From: Mobula hypostoma
Taxonomy: Eukaryota
NCBI RefSeq assembly: GCF_963921235.1
Contig: NC_086097.1
Coordinates: 132,868,001 to 132,932,000, forward strand
Direction of reading: 5' to 3'
Length of the DNA: 64,000 nucleotides
The notes beneath the pieces were generated by a model, which saw nothing but the letters and a program-made list of their open reading frames with translations, was not told the DNA's origin and searched no databases. Within the stretch, counting starts at the first letter, position 1, and every line of letters starts with the position of its first letter. The position numbers and the translations under genes were made by a program. Positions 25,630 through 37,989 of the stretch are shown one piece after another.

Positions 25630-26715
25630 GACATATGCAGAGAACTAGGTCTTTTGGCCCATTAGGTCTGCTCCGCCTTTGGATTACGGCTGATTTATTT
25701 TCCCTCTCAACCCTATTCTCCTCCCCTCTCCGCATAACCATGAGACCATAAAACGTACGAGCAGAATCAGACTTCTCGGCCCATTGAATCTGCTCTTCCA
25801 TTCTATCATGGTCATAGCCTTTCTCCTCTAACCTTTGATATGCTTACTAATCAGGAACATATCAGCATCCGCTTTAAATATACCCAATGACTTGACCCCC
25901 ACAGCTGTCTGTGGCAGTTAATTCCACAGATTAACCAAACCTCTGGCTGAAGAAATTCTGAAGCTGCACCCTCTGGTCCTAGACGCTCCCACTATTGGGA
26001 ACATTGTCTTCAAATCCAATCCATCTAGGCCTTTCAATATTCAATAGTTTCAATGAGATTCCCCACCCCCACCCCATTCTTCAAAGTTCCAGAGAGCACA
26101 GGCCTAGAGTCATCAAACAGTCCTCAACATTAACCCTTTCATTCCTGAGATCATTACTGTAAACCAACTTTAGCCAAAACTACTTTACTCAGCTATTGGG
26201 CCCAAACTGCTCACAGTACTTCAAATCTGATCTAAAGTATAATCATTACTTCTTCACTGTTATATTCTAGTCCTCTGGAAATGAATGCTAAAATTGCATT
26301 TGCCTTCCTTACTACTGACTGAAACTGCAAGTTAACATTTAGGGAATCCTGCATAAGGACTCCAAAATCCTTTCGCTCCTCTGATTTCTGAATTCACTTC
26401 CTATTTAGAAAATAGACTGTACCTTTTGTTCCTTATATTAGACTGATGATATACACTTCCTTATGCTGTATTCCAGCTACCACATCTCTGCCTAATTTAT
26501 TTTAGTCCACTGCAGACTCCCTGTTTCCTCAACACTATCTGACCCTCCATTTATCTTCATATCATCCACAAACATGGCCACAAAGCCATGAATTCCATCA
26601 TCCAGATCATTAACATATAATGTGAAAAGTCACAGGCCTAACACCGACCACTTGTCACTGGCAGCCAACCAGAAAAGGCCACCTTTATTCCCACTCTTTG
26701 CCTTCTGCCAATCAA
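25630..26715 (-). mobile_element. CR1 3' portion containing a second short CR1 3' end (about 25735-25812)
   Basis: The CR1 3' UTR motif ggcccatt..tctgctc occurs twice; decayed RT on the minus strand (VKKANAILAFISRGLEY-like). Confidence 0.8.
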
Positions 26716-27799
26716 ATGGTTCAATTTAATATCACAGAATGTGTACAGAATACAACCTGAAATTCTTACTCTTCACAGACATCCACAAATCAAAAAAAAG
26801 CAAAGAATGCATGAATGAAACATCATAACCCCAAAGTCCCCCCTCTCCCATCTCACTGGCAAATTGGGCAAAGAAATTACTTTATGAAATGAGAAAAGGT
26901 TTAGTGAGACAGGACAAATGGCAATGGTCAATCAGGAGATTGTGGACTATCAATTCATATTCTAATTATCCAATCATTACTAATTCTTTACCTGAGACAA
27001 TGCCATTAGTATTATTGCTTAGCAATACCACCTTCAATGAGCTAGAAACAAAGAGGAATTTACCATTAAACAGAAAATCCTGGGAGTGCAGCACCAGTGT
27101 ATCATTGTCGGCCAAAGGGCCAGTTCCAAAACTGTACTGTCCTATCTTCTATATTGTATTAACACTCAACAGGTAAGGCAGCATAGAAAAATTGCTAATC
27201 TTTCAGGGTGAAGACCCTTTGTCAAAGAATTCGTCTTAGGCTCAAAATGAACAAAGTGAATGTTAAATGCTTTATCAGTTCATTGAACAGAATTTGTACA
27301 AATATCCTGCCAACAATCTCAGTACCAGTCTCTTTACATCTTCGGGATATTAGTGCAAATCTCATTTCTTCCACCTGATTCATTGTCTAACACTTGCTAA
27401 GAGCAATGATTCTGCACAGGTCAGACTTGGTAAAGCCTGAGGCCAGAACCAAGTTCTTATTCCACTCTGGTTCTGCTAGATGGAAACTGTCAGCCTCTTG
27501 CATGTGGCATTAAGCTATTGTCCTATCTGATTGCTCAGGTGGGCGTGCTTTTCCTTTCCAGATAAGAGAAATATGGACATTTGTAGCACAGGAAGCTAGT
27601 CAGTTCATCAAGTCTATGCTGTTCACATGTATGTTTCCATTTTCTAGCTCTGCATCTTTAACCCCGCAGGGTGCAATTACTCATCCAAGTGAGGAGAGGA
27701 AACAAAGTTAATGTTCTTGCCTCAAGTATTTCTGCTTGTTCCATTCATGGGCCACCCTCTTTGTGAAAGAGTTGCTCCTTGAGTCCCTTCTACTTTTAT

Positions 27800-28290
27800 T
27801 TCAGATTGTGAGCAGTTTTGGGCCCCATACCTAAAAAGAGTCCAGAGGAGGCTCACAAGAATGGTCTCAGGAATTAAGATCTTAACATACGAGGAGCATT
27901 TAATGTCTTTGGGCTTGTGCTCAATGGAGTCCAGAAAGACTGGGGGGAGATCTCATTGAAACAAACCTACTGGACACTAAAAGGCCTGGACAGAGCGGAG
28001 ATGGAGAGGGTATTGCCATTAGAAGGAGCGTTTAGGATCTGAGGCCACAGCATCAGAATAAAGGGAATCCCTTTAAAACAGATGAGGAGAAATTCACAGA
28101 AAGTGGTGACTTGGTGGAGGCCAAGTCATTCCCTGTCTTTAAGGTTGAGCTTAATAGGTTCTTGATTGGTAAGTGGGTTAAGGGTAATGGGGAGTAGGAA
28201 GGACAAAGGTGTTGAAGAAAACAACTATGATTAAATGGTGGAGTAGACTCAATGGGCTGAAGAGCCTAATTCTACTCCTATATGTTATAG
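27800..28290 (+). mobile_element. CR1 3' fragment
   Basis: DCEQFWAPYL, YEEHLMSLGLCSME-like translation; 3' UTR atgggctgaagagcctaattctactcctata. Confidence 0.8.
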
Positions 28291-29619
28291 TTTTATTGTC
28301 TTATTTCCAGCATCTGCAATATTTTGGATTTTCACATCTCACCATATGTTCTCTCCAGGCTAGGGGAAATACAAGTTTAATTCCTGGAAACCATGATGAA
28401 ATTCACATTCTTTTGAAAAATAATCTGTTTTCCATCTCCATTGATGTACTTCATTATGTTAACGGCATCAGTGCACCAGAGAAGAGAGCATTCAGTGCCA
28501 TTAGAATAAATGGTGCAATAACTTGTTCATAAAAGGACAATAATTACCTTGAATTTTTTTTTGACATGTATAAACTTCAAGATGTGAATAGAGAAATCTG
28601 GGGCATGAAGGCAATGTGATTTCTGACTGGACTGCATTTGCAATTAACAAAACTAGGACAGAACAGCATCATGTAACTGAGAACAACATCCTTCACAAAG
28701 TGCCAAAACTCACTTGAGACTTGTTAGATACAACATCTCCGTTACAACTGTAATTGTAACTTGGAAATGAAACTGGGAATATTTTCTATCACTTTCTATG
28801 ATCACAAAAAGAGCATTTGTCCATCTTGGAGAAACTTCATTAATGTTATGTTGTTTATTACAGTCTTTGCTCGTGAAAGCTCCAGTGAGTTCTGCAGTGC
28901 CATTTTGCTTTTGTTAGGCATTGTTAACACCTTTTAAAATAGCTATCTGTATTTTCTTTGTAAGACCTGTAAATCTTTATAATTCCTGTAAATGGGGTGA
29001 TGCTTGAAGGAAAGCAGTTTTTGCGTACGGAATGACTCTGAAAAAGGATGATTAACTGCAGTTTACATTGGCAATGGGAATAAAGGTCTATCTGTATGTA
29101 TGAGTAACAGCCACATGAAGTTTTCTAACAGAATGGATGTGAAGGAGTTGTTTTTCCTTGGGGTAGACTCTTGAATTTAAAGACACCATTGCTCATCCCT
29201 TTTGTTTTTTTATAATTGCAAGACAGTGCTGGATGTTAAGAATATTAACTACACCAAGTCTACCCCACTAGTGAGTTGCTGGATGGCAATGGAGCACTGG
29301 GATGTAGCTACCTTAGCTGACCTAGCGGTATGCAATCCAACAAACAGTGGAAATAACTGGTTTCAACATTTTTCTTGTGATCACAAGACCCTTTTGGATA
29401 TTTGTAAAGTTGACCACTGTGAGTCCAATTCACTGTTTCATTGGTGAGACCGATGCTGAAGGAGCCGCGTTGCCTCAGTTGTTGAAACATGGCTGAAAGA
29501 AGATTAACGCTGGGAGCTTAATGTCCAAGGATACACATTGGATCAAAAGGAAAAGCAGTTAGGCAGAGGAGAAGTGGCAGATGGAATATAATACCAGGAA
29601 GTGTATGGTCATGCACTTG

Positions 29620-30318
29620 TTATATGAAATAACCATTTAGAACCTAACCCTCTGGTTGCTCTTTTTGGCACCTTGGGTGAAGTAAATATGCACTTGAGTC
29701 AAAATGCCGAACATTTTCTTTTGCCTCTCTTTTGGCTAGATGGTTGGTTCTTCTTAGGTGGAAAGATGTTGCCCCACCCACTCTCGCTCAATGGCTTAGT
29801 GATATTATGGCCTGTTTAGAGCTCGAAAAGGTTAATTATTCACTTCTTAATTCGGACATAAAGTTTCATAAGGTGTGGGGACCTTTTCTTGAATATTTTC
29901 ATTGTTCTTCTTCAGGGTAAGTTTATCCTTTTTTTTAGTATGCTACAATCCCTTACTTTCAGCTTTTTTTCTTGAAAGTTATACTTTTTTTGTTATGAAT
30001 TATATTATACTTTTGGTAGTTGGCATTATATTATTTTTTCCCTATATATATTTACAGTTCTCTGGGGTTGAATGTTCTGATTGATTTTTTTTCATATGTA
30101 AAGTGGTTGGCCTGAGTTTTTCTTTTTTTCAGTGGGAGATTGGGGTGGATATTAATTTTACATATTTCTCTTTTGGGTGCTTTTTTTCTTACTGTTATGA
30201 ATTATGTATTGGATTTGTTTGTTTTGCACTGTATAAATCTCCATTTTGTTGTTGGGTTCCTCTGTAGTTTCACTATAGAAATGCATAAAAAATTAATTAA
30301 AAAAAGAAGAAATAAAAA
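29620..30318 (+). mobile_element. L1/Tx1 3' fragment, same family as 21930-23703
   Basis: ORF 29732-29920 WLSDIMACLELEKVNYSLLNSDIKFHKVWGPF closely matches ORF 22240-22512; T-rich 3' UTR and A-rich tail. Confidence 0.88.
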
Positions 30319-30534
30319 CATAGACATAACAAAATAGTGTCTTGTCACACAAGGCAAGAAGCAAAAGAAACAATTGACCAATATTCTACCTGTCTGAGAC
30401 AATCTGCCCCAAAATGTGAATTCTCTAATCTTGCATAATAACTGAAAACTTGTGCACCCGAACAAGGTCATTGATGAATGCATAAGAAAGGTGGTTTGGT
30501 GAAAGCCCTTGATAAAAAAAAATCCCATCATCTG

Positions 30535-31000
30535 AAAATACAGAAGACTGCAGATGCTGGAATTTAGAGCAAAAAAAAATAGACTACTGGAAGAATTCAG
30601 TAGATGAAGCAGCATTCGTGCAGTAAGGAGATGGTTGACATTTCAGGTCAAGGTTTTGCATCAGGATTGAGTGTATAGAGGGTAGATAGTGAGTACATAT
30701 AGAAGTAAGACTGAGGGATGAAACAGGTTGGGAGCTGAAGAGTGGAAAATGGGTATGGGTGGGATAATGGACAGATGGAACCAATTGGGGAGGGGATGGG
30801 ATAGGTGAACCAAGGGAGCAGAAATCTAAGTGGGAGGCATGTGTCCGAGGGGCAGATTGAACCATACAGGAGAGTATAATGAGTCTGGGTAAGAGGGGTG
30901 AGGGAGGGATAGAAAGGGCGAACCAAGGGAGAGAAGCTTTGTTCAAAGCTGGGAAAGTGGGATTGGAAAAGGAACCCAGGAGGATGTAGGTTACCTGAAA
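30535..31000 (-). mobile_element. Old PLE 3' UTR with decayed hammerhead
   Basis: ctgcagatgctggaatt terminus; reverse complement of about 30632-30668 gives AATC-CTGATGC-..GACCT-GAAA-TGTC-AACC; purine-rich tract is the reverse complement of the pyrimidine-rich UTR. Confidence 0.7.
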
Positions 31001-31299
31001 CTATCGATCTGGAGGATCTTCCAGCAGTTTTATTTGTTTTGTTTTTATTTATTGGCATCAGCTCGCCTGAGCTGAATGGGACAGCAAGTAGGAAGTAGTG
31101 GAGCTGGTATGGTAAAGCCATGAGTATCACTGTGAATAAGACAATTGCTGATATCATCAACAAACTGCTAATATCAGTGAGGTAGACAGAGCCATTAATT
31201 GTACCGTCATTGCAGCAGTATATGGCATACAATGAGAAAATAATGTAAATGCTGTAGAAAACTCAACACCCCCCCCCCACTCTACTCACTTTACACTTA

Positions 31300-32320
31300 G
31301 GACTGTGTGGTTAAGCACAGCTCCAATGCCATTTTGAAGTTTGCTGGTGATACCACTGTCATAGGCCAAATCAAGGGTTGTGATAAATCATCATTTAGGA
31401 GGGAGATTGAAAATTTGCCATAAAAACAACCTTTTACTCAATGTCAGCAAGACCAAGGAGCTGATTATTGACTTCAAGAGAAGGAAACCAGAGATCCATG
31501 AACCAATCCTCGTTGGAGGATCAGAGGTGGAGAAGGTCAGCAACTTAAAATTCTTCGGCATTATCATTTCAGAAGACCTGACCTGGACCCAGCTCATAAA
31601 TGCAATTACAAAGAAAGCACAGCAGCACCTCTACTTCCTTAGGAGTTTGCAAAGATTCAGCATGACATCTAAAACTTTGAGAAACTTCAATAAATGTGTA
31701 GTGGCATGTATATTGACTAGTAGCATCACAGCCTGGTATGGATTTACCAATGCTCTCGAATGGAAAATCCTACAAAAAGTAATGGATATGCCCCTAGTCG
31801 ATCATGGATAAAGCTGTCCCAATGATTGAGCACATGTTCATGAAACACTGTTGTGGGAAAGCAGCATCCGCCATCAGGGACCCCCACCACCCAAGATATG
31901 CTCTCTTCATGCTGCTCTCATCAGGAAGGAGGTACAGGAGCCTCAAGACTCACAGCACCAAGTTCAGGAACAGTAACTACCCCTCAACCATCAGGTTCTT
32001 GAACCAAAGGGGATAGCTTCAATCAACTTCAATTGCCCCATCATCAAAATCTTCCCACAACCAATGGATTCACTTTCAAGGACTCTTCATCTCATGTTCT
32101 CGATATTTGCTGCTTATTTATTTATTATTATTATTTCTTTTTTTTTGTATTTAAACAGTTTGTTGTCTTTTGCACACTGGTTAAATACTCATTAGTGTGG
32201 TCTTTCATTGATTCTGTTATGGTTATTATTCTATTGATTTACTGAGTATGCTCACAAGGAATTGAATCTCGGGGTTGTATATGGTGACATATAATGTATG
32301 TTGATAATAAACTTTGCTTT
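31300..32320 (+). mobile_element. Rex1/Babar LINE, 3' part
   Basis: Translations KFAGDTT, LNVSKTKELIIDF, KKAQQHLYFLRSL, RDPHHP..SGRRYRS..FRNSNYPSTIRFLN; 3' UTR. Confidence 0.9.
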
Positions 32321-33160
32321 GTGGAAGTTTGTCGATCAGTAAACCCAGTGTTGAAGCTAATGCAGAGATCAGTAACATCTCAGCTGAATTTGAGTCCATG
32401 TTTGTTATTCATCACGTTCATAATTCAACATTTGCAAATCACTTGTTGATGCAGGTGCTCAAGTCAAGCTGATCAACAAACACATTTTGAACAATTTTTG
32501 CCATTGTCCCACCAGGGATCAGTGAGAAAATGTAAAGGTTACTGCAGCTTTGACAATCCTGGGAGTGCACTTGCTGCAAATTGTATTGAAATCTGAAAGT
32601 ACCAACACAACATTTGATGTAAACTCATATGTCTGCAATTTCCTTCTGAGTGTTGGAGGTGGATCTGCCCTGCATTTTATGGATCACATGTAACCAACTC
32701 AGTACCCAGAAGTGAGCCAGTGAGTGAAGTCAAAGTACGACAAAGCAAGATGTTAACCTCTCACTGCAAATGACATAAATGGAAGCATTTCAGCGGTGAT
32801 GCAGTGCGAGGTTTAAAAAGAGCTCTGGTGCTTTCAGGACCATTTGATGGGCTGTAATCATAACAATCTATTAGGCACTCAGCAGGGGCCAATGAAAGGA
32901 ACCAAGGTGTAAGCGGAGCAGCCATTGTGAGAGCAGCTATTGTATGAGTGGACAGTGCTAGAGTGGTCAGGCTTTGGCTCAATGGGCTTGGGCAAGCACA
33001 GAAGGAGGCTCTAAGTAAGTTTCTAGTCATTTTTTTTTCTGTTAATCCATAGCTAGTGCACTGAGAATGAATCCAAGGTTAGTGGTATTTTCCCTGTGTG
33101 AGATGTGGGAACTTTAGGAGACCTCCAGTCTCCCTGATAACTACATCTGCATGAACTACA

Positions 33161-33308
33161 TAGCTTATATCTATCTCCTCCACATTTTCCCAAATGAAAT
33201 GAAGGCCAACTTGCTGCAGCTCCTTAGAGACCATGTTAAGGAACTGAAGCTGCAGCAAGTTGGCCTTCATCTCATTTGGGAAAATGTGGAGGAGATAGAT
33301 ATAAGCTA
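33161..33308. repeat. 61-bp inverted repeat with 26-nt spacer inside CR1 ORF1
   Basis: 33161-33221 is the reverse complement of 33248-33308 with 1 mismatch. Confidence 0.95.
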
Positions 33309-34009
33309 CAGGGAGGTAGTCGCCACTAAGCTGCAGTAGGTAGGTACCTAGGTAACTGACAGGAGACGGAAAGGGAATAGGCAGCCAGTGCAGAGTATCC
33401 CTGTGGCTATTACCCTGAACAATAAGTACACCATTTTGGATACTGTTGGGTAGGGCAATCTACCAGGGGAAGCCACAGTGATCTCATCTCTGGCTCTGAG
33501 TTTGTCTATATGGCTCAGAGAGGAAGGGAGAGAAGATGGTGATAGGGATTCCATAATTAGAGCAGCAGACAGCAGGTTCTGTGTACATGAAAAAGAGACC
33601 TGGATGGTATGTTGCCTCCCAGGTGCCAAGATCAGGGAGGTTTCAGATTTGGTTCACAGCCTTCTAAATGGGGAACATGAACAGCCAGAAATTGTGGTAT
33701 ATCTTGCTGCCAATGACGTAGGTAGGAAAATGGAGGAGGTCCTGAAGGGAGAACATAGGGAGTTAGAAATTTGAAAAGCAGGGCCTCCAGAATAGTAACC
33801 TCTAGATTGTTGGCTGTGCCACACACCAGTGAAGGTTTGAATAGGATGATTTAGCAGATGAACATGTAGCTGAAGAACTGATGCAGGGGACAGGGTTTCA
33901 GATTTCTAGATAACTGGGGTCTCCCCTGGAGAAGGTATGACCTGTACAAAAAGGACAGATTACACCTGAACCCGAGAGGGACCAATATTATTGCAAGTAG
34001 CTTTGATAG

Positions 34010-34575
34010 GCTCCTTAAGGTTGTTATAGCCATGAGTGGTAATGGGGACAAACTCCCACTACCTATTAAATGCCCCAAAGGTGTGCGCCTCAAACAGCCT
34101 TTGACAACCAAGTCGAGCTCCTGGTCTTCATGTGTGGCTTGGCTACTAAGCCCAGCGGAACCGTTTCTACTGACAGGAGCCTTAAATCCAGTCAATTCGG
34201 GCAGATGGGGCTCATCGGCCATGGTTGGCAGCTCACTTAGGAGAAGGAAATCTCTGATGTCAAACCTCCTGTGCCTTCAGCTATACCCACTCATGGTAAA
34301 GTCTTCAGGTGTAAAGCCAGAGGGAAAATTCTGGAGCTGGAGTCCCTAAAGCCTTCCTACATCGAGTTCAACACTGACCTACAACTCCTGTAATGCTTCT
34401 CATACTGTACTGTATCAGTCTCTGCCGTTCCTTTGGGTTCATCAGATGTATGGAGACAGGGTGCTCGCTACATGGGCAACAGCTTACACTCCATAGCGTA
34501 GTGCATAGGCTTGCATATCTAGACAGGTAGGATGCAAAATCCATGGTAAACTCTGACTGACCGAGGCCCTCAATT
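34010..34575 (+). mobile_element. RTE-5'-UTR-like non-coding insertion in CR1
   Basis: Interrupts the CR1 ORF1 end with TGATAG on both sides; contains ggcagctcacttaggagaaggaaatctctgatgtcaaacc, which resembles RTE/BovB-type 5' regions (family call from recall). Confidence 0.55.
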
Positions 34576-36321
34576 CTGATAGAGCTGTTGCGGAGGTTTT
34601 AACCCAATTTGTTAGGGGATGAGAAGCAGAGTGATAAGGCTAATGATGGAGCAGTTTGTATAAACTTGATGCAGTGTATAGTGAGACTATGAAAAAGGAC
34701 AGACAGATGATTGGGCAAAATTGCAGGCAGTGGGATGAGTTAAAGAGTGACAGGGGGCCAAAATACAAAATAGGTAATGAATACAAGTCCAAAGGTGTTA
34801 CATTTGAATGCACACAATATACAGAATGAGGTAGATGATCTTGTAGCACAGTTAGAGATTAGCAAGTATAATGCTATGTGCATCACTGAGTCATGGCTAA
34901 AAGAAGATCATAGTTGGGAGTTTAACATACAAGGATACACATTGCATCGAAAGGTAAGGGGTCGCTCTGCTGGGAAAAAGTAAAATCAAATCCTTAAAAA
35001 GAGGTGACATAGGATTGGAAGATGTCGAATGCTTGTGGGTAGAGTTAAGAAACTGCAAGAGTAAAAAGACTTTGCTGTGAGTTATATACAGGCCTCCGAA
35101 CAGTAGCCAGGAAGTAGGTTATAATTTAAAATGGGAGACAGGAAAGGCATATAAAAAGGGCAATGTTGTGATAGTCATAGGGGATTCAATATGCAAGTAG
35201 ATTGGGCAAATCCGGTTGGTGCTGGATACCAAGAGAGGGAAATTGTGGAATGAGTGTGATTTGGCTTTTTAGAGCAACTTCCAGTTGAGAGCAAGGGGAA
35301 TGGCAATTCTGGATTGGATGATACGTAATGACACAGGTTTGATTTGGCAGCTTAAGGTACAGGAATCCTTAGGAGTCTATGATCATAATATAAAAGAATT
35401 TACCCTGCAGTTTGAAAAGGAGAAGTAAAAATCGGATGTATCAATATTGCAGTGTAGTTAAGGGAATTATAGGGTCATAAGAGAGGAGCTGGACAAAGTT
35501 TATTGGAAGGGGTCACTAGCAGGGATGATGGCAGGACAGCAATTGCTGGAGTTACTGCTGCAATTTGGAAGGTGCAGGAAAGATTCTTCCCAAAGAGGAA
35601 GAAGTATTCTAAAAGGTGGATGAGGCTGCCAAGGAAAATCAAAGACAGAATAAAAACAAAAGTGGGGGCATATTATATAGCAAAAATGAGTGGAAAGGCA
35701 GAGGATTCAGAGACTTTTAAAAACCAACATAAGGCAACTAAAAAAAGCAGAAAGAGAGGAAAGATGATATTCGAAGATAAACTAGCCAATAATATGAAAG
35801 AGGATGCAAAGAGTTTTTTTTTCAGATACAGTATATAAAGAGTAAAAGACGGATGAGAGTGGATATCGGACCACTGGAAAATTACGCTGGAGTTCCAGTA
35901 ATGGAGGCAAAGATATGGCAGATGAAATTTTTCATCAGTCTTCACTGTGAAATGCCAGAAATGCAAGAGTGCCGGGGGCAGAACTGATTGCTGTAGCTAT
36001 TACTAAGGAGAAGCTGAAAAGTCTGAGGTAGATAAGTCACCTAGACCAGATGGACTAAATTCCAGGGTTCTGAAAGAGGCAGCTGAAGAAATTGTGGAGG
36101 CATTAGTAATGACCTTTCAAGAAACTTTAGATCCTGAAATGACTTTGGAGGACTGGAAAATTGCAAATGTTATTCCACTCTTTATGAAGGGAGGAAGGCA
36201 AAAGAAAGAAAATTATAAGCTACTTATCCTGACATCAGTGGTTGGAAAGATGTTGGAGTCTATTATTAAGGATGAGGTTTCAGGATACTTGGAGGTACAT
36301 GATAAAATAGGCCATAGTCAT

Positions 36322-36376
36322 AATTTTGTGTGTGTTGGTTCGATTTCCAGAATCTGCAGATTTTCTTTTGTTTGTA
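36322..36376 (+). mobile_element. 55-bp PLE 3'-terminus insertion
   Basis: ttttgtgtgtgttggttcgatttccagaatctgcagattttcttttgtttgta matches the PLE tip at 11215-11262; 9-bp TSD CATAGTCAT at 36313-36321 and 36377-36385. Confidence 0.85.
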
Positions 36377-37325
36377 CATAGTCATCATGGTTTCCTGAAG
36401 GAGAAATCTTGCCTGACAAATTTATTGGAATTCTTTGAGGAAATAACAGGCAGGATAGACAAAGGAGAATCAGTAGATGTTGTTTATTTCAATTTTCAAA
36501 TGGTCTCTGACAAGGTGCCACACATGAGGCTACTTAACAAGATCAGGGCACGTGGTATTACAGAAAAGATACCAGCATGGATAGAACATTGAATGACTGA
36601 CGGAAGGCAAATTATAGGAATAAAGAGAACCTTTCCTAGTTGGCTGCTGGTGACTAGTTGTGTGCCACAGTAGTCGGTGTTGAGACAGCTTCTTGCCATA
36701 CTATATATCAATGATTTGAAAGAAGGATTTGATGGCTTTGTGGCCAAGTTTGCAGGTGATATGAAGATAGGTGGAGGGGCAGGTAGTATTGAAGAAGCAG
36801 AATGCCTGCAGAAGGACAGATTGGGATAATGGGCAAAAAAGTGGCAGATGAAATATTGTGCTTGGAAGTGCGTGGTCATGCGCCTTGTAGAAAGAATAAG
36901 GGTATGGACTATTTTCAAAATGGGAGAAAGTTCAAAATTCAGAGGTGAAAAGGGACTTGGGAATTCCCTATGGGTTAGCTTTCAGGTTAAGTCAGTGGTA
37001 AGGAAGGCAAATACAATGTTAGCATTTATTTTGAGAGGATTAGAATACAAAATCAAGAATGTAAGTCTGAGACATTATAAGGCAATGGTTAGACTGCACT
37101 TGGTGTATTGTGAGCACTTTTGAGCCCTTTATCTAAGAAAAGATGTGCTAGCATTGGAGATAGTCCAGAGCAGGTTCTCAAGAATTATTCCAAGAATGAA
37201 AGAGTTAACATATGAGGAGCATTTAATCACTCTGGGCCTGTACTCAATGGAATTTAGAAGAATGAAGGGGAATCTTATTGAATACTATCGAATATTGAAA
37301 GACCTAGATAGAACGGATATGGAGA

Positions 37326-37989
37326 GGCAGCTCGCAGCAGCCACTCCAGTGGTGATGTCTGTTATTTGTCAAGTAGGGTGCCGTGCACAATTCTGATTTG
37401 ATGGAGACGGACATGAGAGCATGGAGGAACATCTGGTGAAACTTCTGAAATGCCTGCTTCGCTGCTGCTGCTACTGTGTGGCCCAGAATCTCCAGAGGAG
37501 AAGGCCCCGAGTCCTTAGCTTTGTTTGTTGCTCAGCGGCCGGGGCGGAGTCAAAGCGCTTGGCAGAAGATAGTGCTTGGAGATGCTGTGTCGGAGGGGCT
37601 GGTCAGAGGTTTGAAGTTCTCGGACGAACTCAGAGTCAGCTGCGGTCAGGTGCTTCTGATGGTGCTGCATCAGCAAGTTGGCAGCGCTTGGAGGTTCATG
37701 GCAGGGAGAGTTCCTCTCTTCTACCGTCTGCATGAGATGATGAGTCTATCAGGACTTTGAGACTTTTTTTTAACCGTGCCCATGGTCTGCTCTTTATCAA
37801 ATTATGGTATTGCTTTGCGCTGTTGTAACTATATGTTATAATTATGTGGTTTTTGTCAGTTTTAGTCTTGGTTTGTCCTGTGTTTTCTTGTGATATCATT
37901 CTGGAGGAATATTGTATCATTTTTTAATACATGCATTTCTAAATGACAATAAACGAGGACTGAGTGTCCTCATAATCTAATCTAATCTA
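37326..37989 (+). mobile_element. Non-autonomous retroelement (copy 2 of the 15747-16399 family)
   Basis: Shares ccgtgcacaattctgatttgatggagacggacatgagag and the 3' end gaggactgagtgtcctcat(aatct)3 with copy 1. Confidence 0.8.

Larger units (their letters stand above)
32810..37325 (+). mobile_element. Near full-length decayed CR1 LINE (5' UTR, esterase ORF1, APE-RT ORF2)
   Basis: ORF1 SGNH/GDSL esterase motifs (DSIIR, MVCCLPGA, NDVG, DRLHLN); ORF2 LNAHNIQN, ITESWLKE, DWKIANVIPLF, HGFLKEKSCLTNLLEFFE, KFAGDMKI, LGLYSMEFRRMKG. The 3' end is replaced by another insertion. Confidence 0.92.

Noticed and set aside
30648..31232. 194-aa hydrophobic minus-strand ORF
   Set aside because: More than half runs through a pyrimidine-rich PLE 3' UTR; no recognisable domain.
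33079..33339. Same peptide encoded on both strands
   Set aside because: Direct consequence of the 61-bp inverted duplication.
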